Positions 1 to 11,157 of a stretch of 64,000 bases of DNA are shown here, piece by piece. A model generated the notes under the pieces. That model ran no database searches and was not told the origin of the DNA. It saw nothing but the letters and a program-made list of their open reading frames with translations. Position 1 is the stretch's first letter, and every line of letters starts with the position of its first letter. The DNA lies in the NCBI GenBank assembly GCA_963772835.1, contig CAVYYZ010000015.1, forward strand, positions 31,891 through 95,890, in the 5' to 3' direction. This DNA comes from an uncultured delta proteobacterium (GTDB lineage: Bacteria > Desulfobacterota > Desulfuromonadia > Geobacterales > Pseudopelobacteraceae). The position numbers were made by a program, and so were the translations under genes.

Positions 1-483
1 GCCACCCGGTTGAGGCTTGCGTCAGAGAGCGGTACGGCCCCGACTCTCTCTGCAGTCTGCATAGAGCTGGGAGGAAGTGTACAGAAGCTGCATCAGTACT
101 TTGAGAACAACCTGCGGCCGGAAGCATATCTGGTACGGGATGAGAGGGTAATCCGCCTGATGGAACGCCTTGCAGAACACTTTTCGCTTTACATATACAC
201 GAATAACAATCGGGTCCTATCGGCCCGGATCATGAATTATCTGGGACTGGACCATGTAGTGCGCGACATCTTTACCATCGACGATACCTGGCAGGGCAAA
301 CCTGATGAAGAGATGGCAAAAAAGGTACTGAAGGAGATCGGGCTTTCTCCGGATGAGGCGCTGTTTGTGGGAGATCGCTACGACGTGGACCTGCGCGTAC
401 CTGAACAGCTCGGCTGCCCCGTTTATCTGAGCCGGAACCTGGAGCAGTTATTGCGGCTGGAGGGACTGCTTACTCCCCCCTGA
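1..483 (+). CDS. HAD-family hydrolase (5'-partial, runs off window start)
   Basis: Frame open from base 1; HAD motifs YTNN, GKPD, FVGDRYDVD. Confidence 0.85.
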   Translation, partial: ATRLRLASESGTAPTLSAVCIELGGSVQKLHQYFENNLRPEAYLVRDERVIRLMERLAEHFSLYIYTNNNRVLSARIMNYLGLDHVVRDIFTIDDTWQGKPDEEMAKKVLKEIGLSPDEALFVGDRYDVDLRVPEQLGCPVYLSRNLEQLLRLEGLLTPP

Positions 484-503
484 ATGTGAAATTTGAATTG
501 ATT

Positions 504-1453
504 CTACTCCTTCCGCAGATAGGTCAATAGCTCCTGCATATCCTCCGGCGGTTCGGTTGTAAACTCAACATATTCCCCACTCGATGGATGAATGAAACCG
601 AGACATCGTGCGTGCAGCGCCTGGCGGCCAAGACGGTTTATCATGCCTCGCAGCTGAGTGTCGGGGATATTGTTGCAGCGGCCTCCGTCAGGATACAACG
701 GATCACCCAGCAGCGGAAAACCTGCTTCGGTCAGATGCACGCGGATCTGGTGTGTGCGGCCGGTCTCCAGTCGCAGTTCCACCAGTGAAACCCTTCCGTA
801 GCGCTCCTTTACCTTCCAGCGGGTGACCGCATGTTTTCCGTTCTTGGCCTTGCCGGACAAGCGGAGCCGCTCGGTTGGATGGCGGCCGATAATCCCCTCT
901 ATTTTGCCGGTATCTTCCGGTGGAGAACTGTAAATCAGCGCCTGATAAATGCGTTTGACGGTGTGAGCGCTGAACTGTTCCGAAAGCGCATGATGGGCAC
1001 GGTCATGCTTTGCCGCCACCAGCACACCGGAGGTCCCCTTGTCCAGGCGATGGACAATGCCGGGGCGCAATTCGCCGCCAATACCGGCAAGATCGCTGCA
1101 GTGCGCCAGCAGGGCATTTACCAGGGTGCCGCTGGTGTTGCCGGCTCCGGGGTGGACTACCATGCCGGCCGCTTTATTGATCACAATCAGATCGCTGTCC
1201 TCATACAGCACCTCCAGCGGAATCGCCTCGGCCAGCGGCTGCGCCGGAAGCGGCGGAGGTATGTCGATCTCGATCTGCTCACCCCCCTTCAGTTTCAGCG
1301 AAGTGCGCACCTGTTTTCCGTCAACCAGGATGTTACCGGTCTCGATAAGCCTCTGCACAGAGGCACGGGATTCTCCCCCATTTCCCTGCTGAGAAAAAGA
1401 TCAAGCCTGACCGGTTCATTGTCGGGGGAGAATGTAAGTGAAAGATGATTCAT
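504..1453 (-). CDS. rluD: RluA/RluD-family 23S rRNA pseudouridine synthase, apparent 1-nt frameshift near 1375-1379
   Basis: HRLDKGTSG catalytic motif, GRTHQIRVH; the S4-domain N-terminus (MNHLSLTFSPDNEPVRLDLFLSREM) starts at ATG 1453 in a different frame from ORF 504..1358. Confidence 0.88.
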
Positions 1454-1581
1454 ACTGTTCCTTCGTATCTGGTTTTCACCCGGGATTCCGGATGAACCGC
1501 TGTGTATTTTCGAGCGGGCAGAAACAGCAAAGGCGCACCGGAGAAGGCACGCCTTGCAGAATTACCCGGTATGACTGTCCG

Positions 1582-1845
1582 TTACCAGATTGATGATTCT
1601 ATCTTGCCTGCGCGCTTGATGAGAACATCCACGACAGCGGTTCCGTAGATGATTTCCGGGTTGATATCTGCGGATACCCGGGAGAGAAAATGCTGACGCC
1701 CCTCTTCAAGTTCCTCTTTGAGAACATCGAAAATATCGTCATTCTTGATACCCTTCTCAACCTTTTCCTTGTTATACATGGCCACGTCGGAAAGAATGGC
1801 TCTGGCCAGCCGCTTTGCCTGATCCGGGTTATCTATCATATTCAT
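1582..1845 (-). CDS. Small conserved hypothetical protein (AKRLARAILSDVAMYN motif)
   Basis: 87-aa ORF with RBS (GAGGGG), protein-like composition, co-oriented between degQ and rluD. Confidence 0.75.
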   Translation of the reverse strand: MNMIDNPDQAKRLARAILSDVAMYNKEKVEKGIKNDDIFDVLKEELEEGRQHFLSRVSADINPEIIYGTAVVDVLIKRAGKIESSIW

Positions 1846-1886
1846 GGATGAAGCCCCTCATGACGTAAAGTTTTAGCCTTATAGCA

Positions 1887-3323
1887 CTATTTTACACGTA
1901 ATGCAAAGTAGATGCTCGCATTTCCGCGCCGGACCAGAATAGTCGCACTGCCGCCCCGGGCGGCCTGCTGGATGGCACGGGTATATTCGGCCACCGTGGC
2001 GGTCCTTGAACGATTTACCGATACTATCACATCACCGCGTTTAATACCCGCATCAGCAGCTGACCCGCCACGCACCGCTTCAACGACCGCAACGCCCTCA
2101 CCCTGCCCGGCATTTTCAACAACCAGACCGAGACGATCTGCTTCTCCATCCTGCTGTCGACTGCTGCGCTCCCCACGCTGACGTTGTTTTGGTGCGGTGT
2201 CTGCACTGGCGAGAGTTATGCCCAGCTCAAGCGCTTTTCCGTCACGGAAAACAGATATTTTCGCAACTTTTCCGATGCCGGCTTCGGCAACCAGCCGTTG
2301 GAGGTGGGAGGGGTCCTTGACCTCGCTGCCGTTCAGGCCGGTGATGACATCCCCCTGCCTGACGCCGGCCTTGTCGGCCGGGCCCCCTTTAATTACATCA
2401 TTCACCAGCGCACCCCTGGCCTGCTTCAATCCGAATGACTGTGCAAGTTCATCGGTTACCGGCTGAATCGTGACCCCCATATAGCCGCGACTGACACTCC
2501 CTTTCTGAATCAACTGAGAAAAAACCGGTTTGGCCATGTTAACCGGGATGGCGAACCCGATCCCCTGCCCTGCTGCCACGATAGCCGTATTAATGCCGAC
2601 CACCTCTCCGTAGACGTTCAGCAGCGGCCCCCCGGAGTTGCCGGGGTTGATGGAGGCATCTGTCTGGATGAAATTTTCATAGGTTTCAATACCGATATTG
2701 GAACGACCGGTGGCTGAGATGACGCCGACCGTCATGGTGCGGTCCAGGCCGAAGGGATTTCCGATGGCAATCGCCCATTGTCCGACCTCAAGTTTGTCAG
2801 AATCACCAAATACAACGGCCGGAAGATCGTTCGCGTTGATCTTGATCACAGCGATGTCGGTTTTCTGGTCGCCTCCGATCACTTTGGCATCATACACCTT
2901 GTCATTGGAAAGTTTGACTTGAATACTCTCGGCGTCGCGTACGACATGGTCATTGGTGACGATGAAACCGTCCCTGCTGATCAGAAATCCTGAGCCGAGG
3001 CTTCTGTCCTGCCGTGTCTGCGGGCCTCCGAAAAAATCTTCGAAAAGGGGGTTTGCTTCAAAAAACGGCTGTATGGCTTTTTTCCGGCTGATTGTCGAGA
3101 TGTTAACAACGGAAGGGGTCACTTTTTTTGATACGTTGCTGAATGCTTTCTGGGTGGAGAGGATATCGGTCGGCACATCCTTGACAGGGGCTTCCGCTTC
3201 GCCCCCCTTGCGGCTCGACTCAAGAAACAGCGGAGCTTCGTTTTTGCCGTTGCAGCCGGCTAAGGCAGCAGCAGTCAGCCATGCAGTCACAATCAAGAGG
3301 GAGATTCGAGTGAGATGATTCAT
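1887..3323 (-). CDS. degQ: DegQ/HtrA (Do-family) serine endoprotease with two PDZ domains, lipoprotein signal
   Basis: TNDHVV, DIAVIK, QTDASINPGNSGGPL triad motifs; LAGC lipobox after ATG 3323. Confidence 0.92.
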   Translation of the reverse strand: MNHLTRISLLIVTAWLTAAALAGCNGKNEAPLFLESSRKGGEAEAPVKDVPTDILSTQKAFSNVSKKVTPSVVNISTISRKKAIQPFFEANPLFEDFFGGPQTRQDRSLGSGFLISRDGFIVTNDHVVRDAESIQVKLSNDKVYDAKVIGGDQKTDIAVIKINANDLPAVVFGDSDKLEVGQWAIAIGNPFGLDRTMTVGVISATGRSNIGIETYENFIQTDASINPGNSGGPLLNVYGEVVGINTAIVAAGQGIGFAIPVNMAKPVFSQLIQKGSVSRGYMGVTIQPVTDELAQSFGLKQARGALVNDVIKGGPADKAGVRQGDVITGLNGSEVKDPSHLQRLVAEAGIGKVAKISVFRDGKALELGITLASADTAPKQRQRGERSSRQQDGEADRLGLVVENAGQGEGVAVVEAVRGGSAADAGIKRGDVIVSVNRSRTATVAEYTRAIQQAARGGSATILVRRGNASIYFALRVK

Positions 3324-3518
3324 CCTGAACGGTACCTGTATTGGGAGTAAATGAGTTAACATGCCGAAACAGTAGCCAAAATCAACCGGCGTGTCAAGGG
3401 ATTCAGGCTCAATGCACTCTGGTACCACGTGCGTTCTATTCAGCATAATTATGTTATTGAATCACCGGTCAGTTTGTGTAAAAGTGTAATCAGAATCAAT
3501 ACAATGGCGGGGGAAAAT

Positions 3519-4124
3519 ATGACAACCGACATCAAAGCCCAGATCAAGGAATTCAGAATCGGCGAAAAGATCAGGGGTCTACGCCAGCAGAAGCGGCTGA
3601 CTCTTCAGGAACTGTCTGAACTGACGACCCTTTCCAAACCGCTGTTGTCACAGATCGAGAATCAGCAGGTCATACCGCCCCTGGCGACCCTGCTCAAGAT
3701 TGCCAGGGGTCTCAAGGTTGATATCCATTTTTTCTTTGCCGATGTCGACAATAGCCAGAAGTATGTATTAACGAGACGTGAGGATGTGCGTGAGGATGAA
3801 AAGGTGCCGCGATCTTCTTCAAATGAAGTGGTACGCCCGTACGCCTATCACTCATTGGCCCAGGGTCTGCGGCACAAGCATATGGAGCCGTTTCTGGTAG
3901 AGTTCGAAAACAAGAAGTGGGATGACACGCTTTTCTTCAAGCATGAGGGTGACGAAGAGTTCATTTACATCACGGCAGGAGAACTGGATTTTCATTACAA
4001 CAACGAGGTGCTCCGCATGCGGACCGGGGACAGCATCTATTACGATTCCAGTCAGCCGCACGGCTGGGTTGCCGTCGGTGACGGCAATGCGCGTGCGGTG
4101 GCGGTGATGTACACGAAGGAATAA
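3519..4124 (+). CDS. XRE-family HTH transcriptional regulator with cupin domain
   Basis: N-terminal HTH (IGEKIRGLRQQKRLTLQELS...LSQIEN); C-terminal cupin (HEGDEEFIYI...GDSIYYDSSQPHG). Confidence 0.9.
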   Translation: MTTDIKAQIKEFRIGEKIRGLRQQKRLTLQELSELTTLSKPLLSQIENQQVIPPLATLLKIARGLKVDIHFFFADVDNSQKYVLTRREDVREDEKVPRSSSNEVVRPYAYHSLAQGLRHKHMEPFLVEFENKKWDDTLFFKHEGDEEFIYITAGELDFHYNNEVLRMRTGDSIYYDSSQPHGWVAVGDGNARAVAVMYTKE

Positions 4125-4158
4125 TCAGGAATTCATATCGGTGCTATGAGGGGGGAGT

Positions 4159-5418
4159 TTATTCTCCCCCTTTTTGCGTCATGCTCCACTCCCGAAGCGT
4201 CCGGACCCGCTCCACAGCCGGTGGGTGGGAATAGTAAAAGAATGCGTAGAAGGGGTGCGGGAACAGGTTGGAGAGGTTCTCGGCGGACATCTTGACAAGT
4301 CCCGAGGCCAGATCCTCCGGCCTCCCGGTCAGGTCGGCGGCAAAGCGGTCGGCCTCACGTTCATGACAGCGGGAGCGCCAGGCAGAAAAAGGGCCGAGCG
4401 GAAACAGTGCAAGTGACGCGACAAAACCGAGTACGACCATTCTGGCCGGCAGGGAAATATCTTCGGGCAGGCCGAGAAGCCCCGGCAGCCCCGGCCAGGT
4501 AAGCATCTTGAAGCCGATCCACGATCCTGCCAACGCCATGATCTCTGCCCAGAGCAGCCGTTTCCAGATATGCCCCTTTTTCCAGTGACCGATCTCGTGA
4601 GCCAGTACGGCAACAATCTCCCGATGACTCATCTGCGTGATAAGGGTGTCATACAGTACGATCCGCTTGACCCTGCCGATGCCCGTGAAATAGGCATTGG
4701 AGTGCCTGCTTCTTTTTGATGCATCCATCTGCTGCACTTTCCCTACCTTCAGCCCCGCCTTCTCCATCATGGCCCGGATGTCGTCCACCAACCCCTCTTC
4801 GGAGACCGGCTCATATGTATTGAACAGCGGCTCGATCACATAGGGGGAGATGAACATCATGAACAGGCCGAACAGTGCCATGAAACCCCACACCCAGAGC
4901 CACCACTGCTGCGGGCTCCAGTCGATCAGCCAGAAGACTGTGGTTATCAGGAAAACCAGCAGAACAGCGCCAATGGCCTGAGACTTGAGAAAATCTGTTA
5001 TCCAGATACGGGGTGTCGTAGTGTTAAAGCCGTAACGCGTCTCGATACGAAACGTACCGTAGAGGTCAAAGGGGATGCCGATAAGCGTCGATACCCAGGT
5101 CAGCAGCAGGAAAAACAGGATGGCCGACACGATTGGCGAACTGCCCAGAGCACTGATATACCGGTCACAGACAGCAATCACCCCACCGAAGAGAAAGACA
5201 ATCAGCAGAACGTTGTCGAGGAGTGAGTCCCATAACCCCACACGGCTGGAGTCAAAGGTATAGGCGGAACTGCGTCGCAGTTTTTCCTCGCTTATTGAAT
5301 CTTCAAAACCTTCCGGCACCGCGTCGCCATGTTGTTTAAGATACGTGAGGTTGATGTGGCGGAGCCAGTAGCTGAAGATGGTAATGGCGATGAAAATACA
5401 AAAAAGGGCGAACTTCAT
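4159..5418 (-). CDS. M48 (Ste24-like) membrane zinc metalloprotease
   Basis: HEIGH, NAYFTG, EREADRFA, YSHPP motifs; multiple TM helices. Confidence 0.92.
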   Translation of the reverse strand: MKFALFCIFIAITIFSYWLRHINLTYLKQHGDAVPEGFEDSISEEKLRRSSAYTFDSSRVGLWDSLLDNVLLIVFLFGGVIAVCDRYISALGSSPIVSAILFFLLLTWVSTLIGIPFDLYGTFRIETRYGFNTTTPRIWITDFLKSQAIGAVLLVFLITTVFWLIDWSPQQWWLWVWGFMALFGLFMMFISPYVIEPLFNTYEPVSEEGLVDDIRAMMEKAGLKVGKVQQMDASKRSRHSNAYFTGIGRVKRIVLYDTLITQMSHREIVAVLAHEIGHWKKGHIWKRLLWAEIMALAGSWIGFKMLTWPGLPGLLGLPEDISLPARMVVLGFVASLALFPLGPFSAWRSRCHEREADRFAADLTGRPEDLASGLVKMSAENLSNLFPHPFYAFFYYSHPPAVERVRTLREWSMTQKGGE

Positions 5419-5493
5419 CTGGCAGGTGTCCTTGAAAAAAGAAGGGCGAAGCAATCTTCGCCCTCACGTGAATGATGTCTCTGATTTTTGCTA

Positions 5494-6147
5494 CTATATC
5501 ATCTTTACCACTTCCCTGACACACTTGTCGATCCCTTCAGCCACTTGCGAGATACGGTCGGCCAGCATATAGGCCGGAGATGTAACCAGTTTGTTCGCGG
5601 CATCAATGACTAACTCAGTCACCCGACATTCCTGATGCTTTGCACCGGTCTTGTCTATCTCGGCGACGGTTCCCGGATCATTGCCGATTGTCACCGTCGG
5701 CGAAAATTCCCTGCCCAGCACAGCAGCAATAAGAGCAGGCGCGATGCAGACCGCCCCGATCGGCTTTTTAGCGGACGCCATATCCTTCAGCAGGTGGGCA
5801 ACGTCGGGGTTTATGGAAGCAGCGGCACCCTTGAATGCAAAATCGCACAGGTTTTTAGCCGCTCCGAAACCACCCGGAAAAATTATGGCGTCAAGATCCG
5901 CGGCAGTGACCTCCTTGATGTCGCGAATCATGCCACGGGCGATACGTGCCGATTCCACCAGCACATTCCTCTTTTCACCGGTTTCCTGTGATGTAAGATG
6001 ATTTATGACCGACAGGTCAACATTCGGTGCCATGCAGATCGCCTCGCACCCCTGACGGTCTATCGCCAGCAGGGTAAGAACCGCCTCATGGATTTCACTG
6101 CCGTCATATACGCCACAACCCGAGAGAACTACACCGATTTTTTTCAT
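5494..6147 (-). CDS. elbB: DJ-1/PfpI-family glyoxalase ElbB
   Basis: LSGCGVYDGSEIHEAV, PGGFGAAKNLC, CIAP, TSPAYM motifs. Confidence 0.92.
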   Translation of the reverse strand: MKKIGVVLSGCGVYDGSEIHEAVLTLLAIDRQGCEAICMAPNVDLSVINHLTSQETGEKRNVLVESARIARGMIRDIKEVTAADLDAIIFPGGFGAAKNLCDFAFKGAAASINPDVAHLLKDMASAKKPIGAVCIAPALIAAVLGREFSPTVTIGNDPGTVAEIDKTGAKHQECRVTELVIDAANKLVTSPAYMLADRISQVAEGIDKCVREVVKMI

Positions 6148-6231
6148 CGCCCTTCCTCCGCTTCGTTAAATTCTAAAGAAACCTCACGCGGAGTAATTGT
6201 GCCACAACTATTGAAGAAGGCAAGTGGAAGA

Positions 6232-7440
6232 TTACCACACGTAGAGCGGGACCAGCACGGCGGCCAGGACACAGGCGGAGGGGAAAAAAAGGCTGTGGTA
6301 TACCTTGGCAATATCTGCCTGAAAATATTCGCAGGTGAGGACATAGCAGAGATGAACAGGGGAAAGCATTACTCCGGCAAAACCTGAACCGAATGCCAGT
6401 GCAACAAGCGCGGGAGAGGGGGCTGAAGTACCCATCAGCGGGAGCAGCAGTGGAAAGGTTATACCGATAAAGCCGACAGTCAAACCGGTCATGATACCGG
6501 CGATGAATGGTATCAGAAAAAGGAGCAGGTACACGGGCATACCTGATGCGGTGAAAAAACTGGAAATACCCCCCAGAGCACCGGTAGTCCTCAGCACCTC
6601 CTGGAAGATCATGATGCCGATCACCAGAAAAAGAGCTTTTCCCGAAACACTTTCCCGCAGATTTTTTAAAATCATGACGGGAGTGTACCGGTGGACACCG
6701 TAGAGAACTACAACCGCCCCCCCCAGAGCCAGTGAGGCATTAACCCTTAATAGTACCACCATCAGCAATGCCAGCATGATCGGAGAGATCATGATGAGGA
6801 AGGTCATAAACTCCCGTTTTCGTCCTGCTGAAGATGGCGTGGTTTCCTGCCTGCCGATACCTCGAAAACAGAACAGCACCCCCCAGCCCATTACGGAAAG
6901 CGCAAAGGGAAGATTGGCGATAAACAGGGTCTGGGTCGAAAGGCCGGTGATGCCGGCCGCCAGAATTATACCGGGATAAAGCGGCGAGACATACTCCCAG
7001 ATATGACGGTACCAGTAGTTGATCAGCGCTTTCTGTTCCGCAGGGATTGAGGCCTCTCCGGCCGCTTCATTAACCATGGGTGCAGAGAAAACCGCACCGC
7101 CTGGCGACGGAAGCAAGCCGATCATCGCCGGCATCGCAGCCATAACAAAACGCCGATCGGGAATAGCGGTCGACAGAGAGCTGACCATGCGTTTAAGCAT
7201 GCCGGTGGTGCGCAGGATATTTTCCATCACCATCGTCAGCATCAGGGTCAGGGTCATTTCAAGGGATTTCGGGGCAAAAACGGCGGCAACTGTCGCCTTG
7301 AGGAATTCAAGCGGCGGGGTCAGATAGATAATCCCGAGTACAACCGCTCCGATCGGCATGACAGCGGCCATCGAAACTTTTCGACGCAGAAGCACAACAA
7401 TTAAAATCAGGACAGCGACGGTTTTTAGCAGATCGTTCAT
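6232..7440 (-). CDS. DUF401-like polytopic membrane protein / transporter
   Basis: Many hydrophobic segments; GLLPSPGGAVFSAP, NYWYRHIWE, LSPVHLC motifs. Confidence 0.75.
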   Translation of the reverse strand: MNDLLKTVAVLILIVVLLRRKVSMAAVMPIGAVVLGIIYLTPPLEFLKATVAAVFAPKSLEMTLTLMLTMVMENILRTTGMLKRMVSSLSTAIPDRRFVMAAMPAMIGLLPSPGGAVFSAPMVNEAAGEASIPAEQKALINYWYRHIWEYVSPLYPGIILAAGITGLSTQTLFIANLPFALSVMGWGVLFCFRGIGRQETTPSSAGRKREFMTFLIMISPIMLALLMVVLLRVNASLALGGAVVVLYGVHRYTPVMILKNLRESVSGKALFLVIGIMIFQEVLRTTGALGGISSFFTASGMPVYLLLFLIPFIAGIMTGLTVGFIGITFPLLLPLMGTSAPSPALVALAFGSGFAGVMLSPVHLCYVLTCEYFQADIAKVYHSLFFPSACVLAAVLVPLYVW

Positions 7441-7446
7441 TGCAGA

Positions 7447-7833
7447 TCAGACCGCCGCCGCTTTGCGATTAAGCGAGTTGAATACCATGTCAAGAACACT
7501 CTTCTGACGTGCCTCAAATTTATTCAGCACGGCCAGACAGGTCCCCATCGGGCATATATCGTGGAGAAAGTCGGCATCTCTACCGGAAAGAATTACAATC
7601 CGGTTTTTGTCCATACCCGCACTCACCGCAAATTTCAGGAGCTTGAGTCCATCCATTGCCGGCATTTCAAGGTCGATCAGCATCAGATCATAGACTCCAA
7701 CCTTAATGGAGTGAAGTGCCGACACCGGATTGTTGCATATCTCAACCTCTAACAGCGGAAAACTGTCAGCAATATAAGCCCCCAGAAAACGGGTAAAGGC
7801 AGGATCGTCATCTATTAACAGTATTCTTCCCAT
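7447..7833 (-). CDS. Single-domain response regulator (REC)
   Basis: ILLIDDD, LIDLEMPAMDG, ILSG, conserved K. Confidence 0.85.
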   Translation of the reverse strand: MGRILLIDDDPAFTRFLGAYIADSFPLLEVEICNNPVSALHSIKVGVYDLMLIDLEMPAMDGLKLLKFAVSAGMDKNRIVILSGRDADFLHDICPMGTCLAVLNKFEARQKSVLDMVFNSLNRKAAAV

Positions 7834-7950
7834 ATGATGTGACTATAGCGTATTCAGCGGGGCGGGGAAATAAAAATGATCTCAATGAGGACTCTTTCAA
7901 ATTTCACATTACTGATGGGTGCTTTATTGTATTGCATCTCCTTACTCCGG

Positions 7951-8892
7951 CTATTTGCAGAATTGCGCCTGACTATCCGTATCGGTGGGCCGTTTTACCT
8001 CCGAACAAGCGTCCTGGAGAACCGGTTCTGCCGGGCGCCCAACCAAAGGCGCAGCAACATGGCTGTCTTCGGCAGGCGGCACTGATCCCACCGGTATGAC
8101 ACTCTTCTTCCGATCATTAAGTTGCCCGGCAGAACCCTTCTTTCCTGAGGTCCGCATAGCCTTTGCTGCTCTGTCCGTGCCACTGGGCTCTTCAGTTGGT
8201 ACGCTACCGGTTATGTTTGTTTTGTCCGCTTTCCGTTTATCCGCTGGATTGACACCCAGTAATTTTAAAAGATTCTCCGACGACATACTCCCGGCGTACC
8301 GCTTGCCGTTAATGAAGAATGTCGGTGTACCTTCGATTTTCAACTTCAATCCACCCGAGTGCTGGTTTGCAACAACCGCCTGGTATTTTCCCGAAACCAG
8401 GCAGCTGTTGAAGGCATCGACGTCTAGCCCGAGACCTCCGGCGATTGTTCTGAACGCAGGTTCGGTCAGTTCACTCTTGAAATTGAAAACGGCGTCACTG
8501 TATTCCCAGAACTGCCCCTGTTCACCTGCACATTCGGCAGCTTCAGCAGCTTTTGCAGCAAGAGGGTGTCCGGGCAGGGGAAAATGCCGGAACACCCAAC
8601 GGATGTCATCCGTTTCTTTCATTGCCGACCGCATAGCTTCGTGAAAACCGGCACAATAGGGGCACTGCAAATCAGCGTATTCTATGATCGTATACTTTGC
8701 ATCGGCTTTTCCAAGCAGATGGTCTCCAGATTGAATCTTTGGGGCGGAAATGAACGCGTATCTGATTTTCTGTATTATACCCGGGTATCTTAATTTCACG
8801 ACCAGGATGCAATTGGTAACTACGCTGATGACAAGCATAACCAGGAGAAATCTGACGCTAAACCTGTTTGGCTGATTGTCCGGCCGAATCAT
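7951..8892 (-). CDS. Membrane-anchored DsbA-family thiol-disulfide oxidoreductase with C-terminal low-complexity tail
   Basis: N-terminal TM, EYADLQCPYC active site, FRHFPL, cis-Pro GTPTFFING; RBS AAGGGAG before ATG 8892. Confidence 0.88.
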   Translation of the reverse strand: MIRPDNQPNRFSVRFLLVMLVISVVTNCILVVKLRYPGIIQKIRYAFISAPKIQSGDHLLGKADAKYTIIEYADLQCPYCAGFHEAMRSAMKETDDIRWVFRHFPLPGHPLAAKAAEAAECAGEQGQFWEYSDAVFNFKSELTEPAFRTIAGGLGLDVDAFNSCLVSGKYQAVVANQHSGGLKLKIEGTPTFFINGKRYAGSMSSENLLKLLGVNPADKRKADKTNITGSVPTEEPSGTDRAAKAMRTSGKKGSAGQLNDRKKSVIPVGSVPPAEDSHVAAPLVGRPAEPVLQDACSEVKRPTDTDSQAQFCK

Positions 8893-8979
8893 TAGTACTC
8901 CCTTACTGATGGATATAATGCCGTCCGGCATAACTCAGAGCAGCAGTATATCAGACCGCTCCTGCCCTCCCGCTGGTCG

Positions 8980-9222
8980 CTAAAAACAGGTACTGTCTAC
9001 AATCCCGGCCGAGCAGGACGAATCGGCAGAACAGGTCCCGCTTGAACAGTGGTATGGAAATCCAACGGGACAACATTTTTTTACAGCGCTGCACAGTAAA
9101 TAAAAATTTGGGCATTTAAATTCGCCCGCCCCGCAGGCCGATATAAAAAGCCCGCACACGACAAAAACAATAATGAACTGTGCTCTCATTTTGCCGAACG
9201 ATGTTACAATCATTGTTGTCAT
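8980..9222 (-). CDS. 80-aa cysteine-rich putative lipoprotein (8 Cys in mature part after the lipidated Cys)
   Basis: RBS AAGGGG before ATG 9222; hydrophobic signal ending in ISA-C lipobox; mature C-x6-C-x5-CC-x7-C-x4-C-x5-C-x8-C. Confidence 0.7.
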   Translation of the reverse strand: MTTMIVTSFGKMRAQFIIVFVVCGLFISACGAGEFKCPNFYLLCSAVKKCCPVGFPYHCSSGTCSADSSCSAGIVDSTCF

Positions 9223-10042
9223 ACCTGTATCCCCCTTTCGGATATTTTTTGCCGTCTGACGAAAAACGTACCGAATGTTCAATCCCGTTGGCGGCGGCGA
9301 AACTAAATCAGTGACTATATTATCAGTCACCCAATGGCAGTGCTGTAATTCCCCCGTAACGTGCGAGGCAATGCCCACAGCCGGGCTTTTTTCTTTGATC
9401 AACGGATATAATATCGTTCAAATACGCAATAAATTGTGTTGTAGAAGTGCGACTGGTGATCGTAATTAAAACTCCCTCAACACGTCACCGGACAGGTTGC
9501 AGTGCGAGGCGATCAATATCTTGAAGAGGGAACAGCTCATGCGGGAAGGACAGAATGGCAGTTTCAACCGAACAGCACCACTCTATTATTTTGTACCCTC
9601 TCAATTTATGCAGAAATCATCTATAACACCGTATACAACAGTTTTTTCCCAAGTCAAGATTATTTTTACGTCGTTATATGATTAACCGGTTGCTTGAATC
9701 AATTTGCGTGTACGCACGAGACCGGTGTTCAATAAAGACCCCCGAAATATCGACCACATGGAAAATCGTCGAAATTTGTTCTTGCCCGGTTGAGCCATAT
9801 GCCATGACCGCCGCTGTTCATTGCTCTCATCCGGATAGATGCAAGACCGGGCATTATCTCTGTTTCAGTCTGTTGCCGGCCTGCTCGCAGATTATATCCG
9901 GATCTGATGCAATGAAGTGGGTCTATCGGCACCGTTGTAAGAAGGCCGTGAGAATGCAGATTGTGCTTTTAGTTTGACAAAACCGTGTGGTGAAAATTAT
10001 TATTACAGGGTTAAGATTCTGAAGTGAATTTTCGGGGGAATT

Positions 10043-11131
<1,089 letters not shown>

Positions 11132-11157
11132 AACTCACTACTAATCAGAAAAGGAAT

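Noticed and set aside
9400..9980. Short ORFs 9497..9685, 9678..9977, 9729..9932
   Set aside because: No RBS, motifs or recognisable composition; treated as non-coding or decayed DNA
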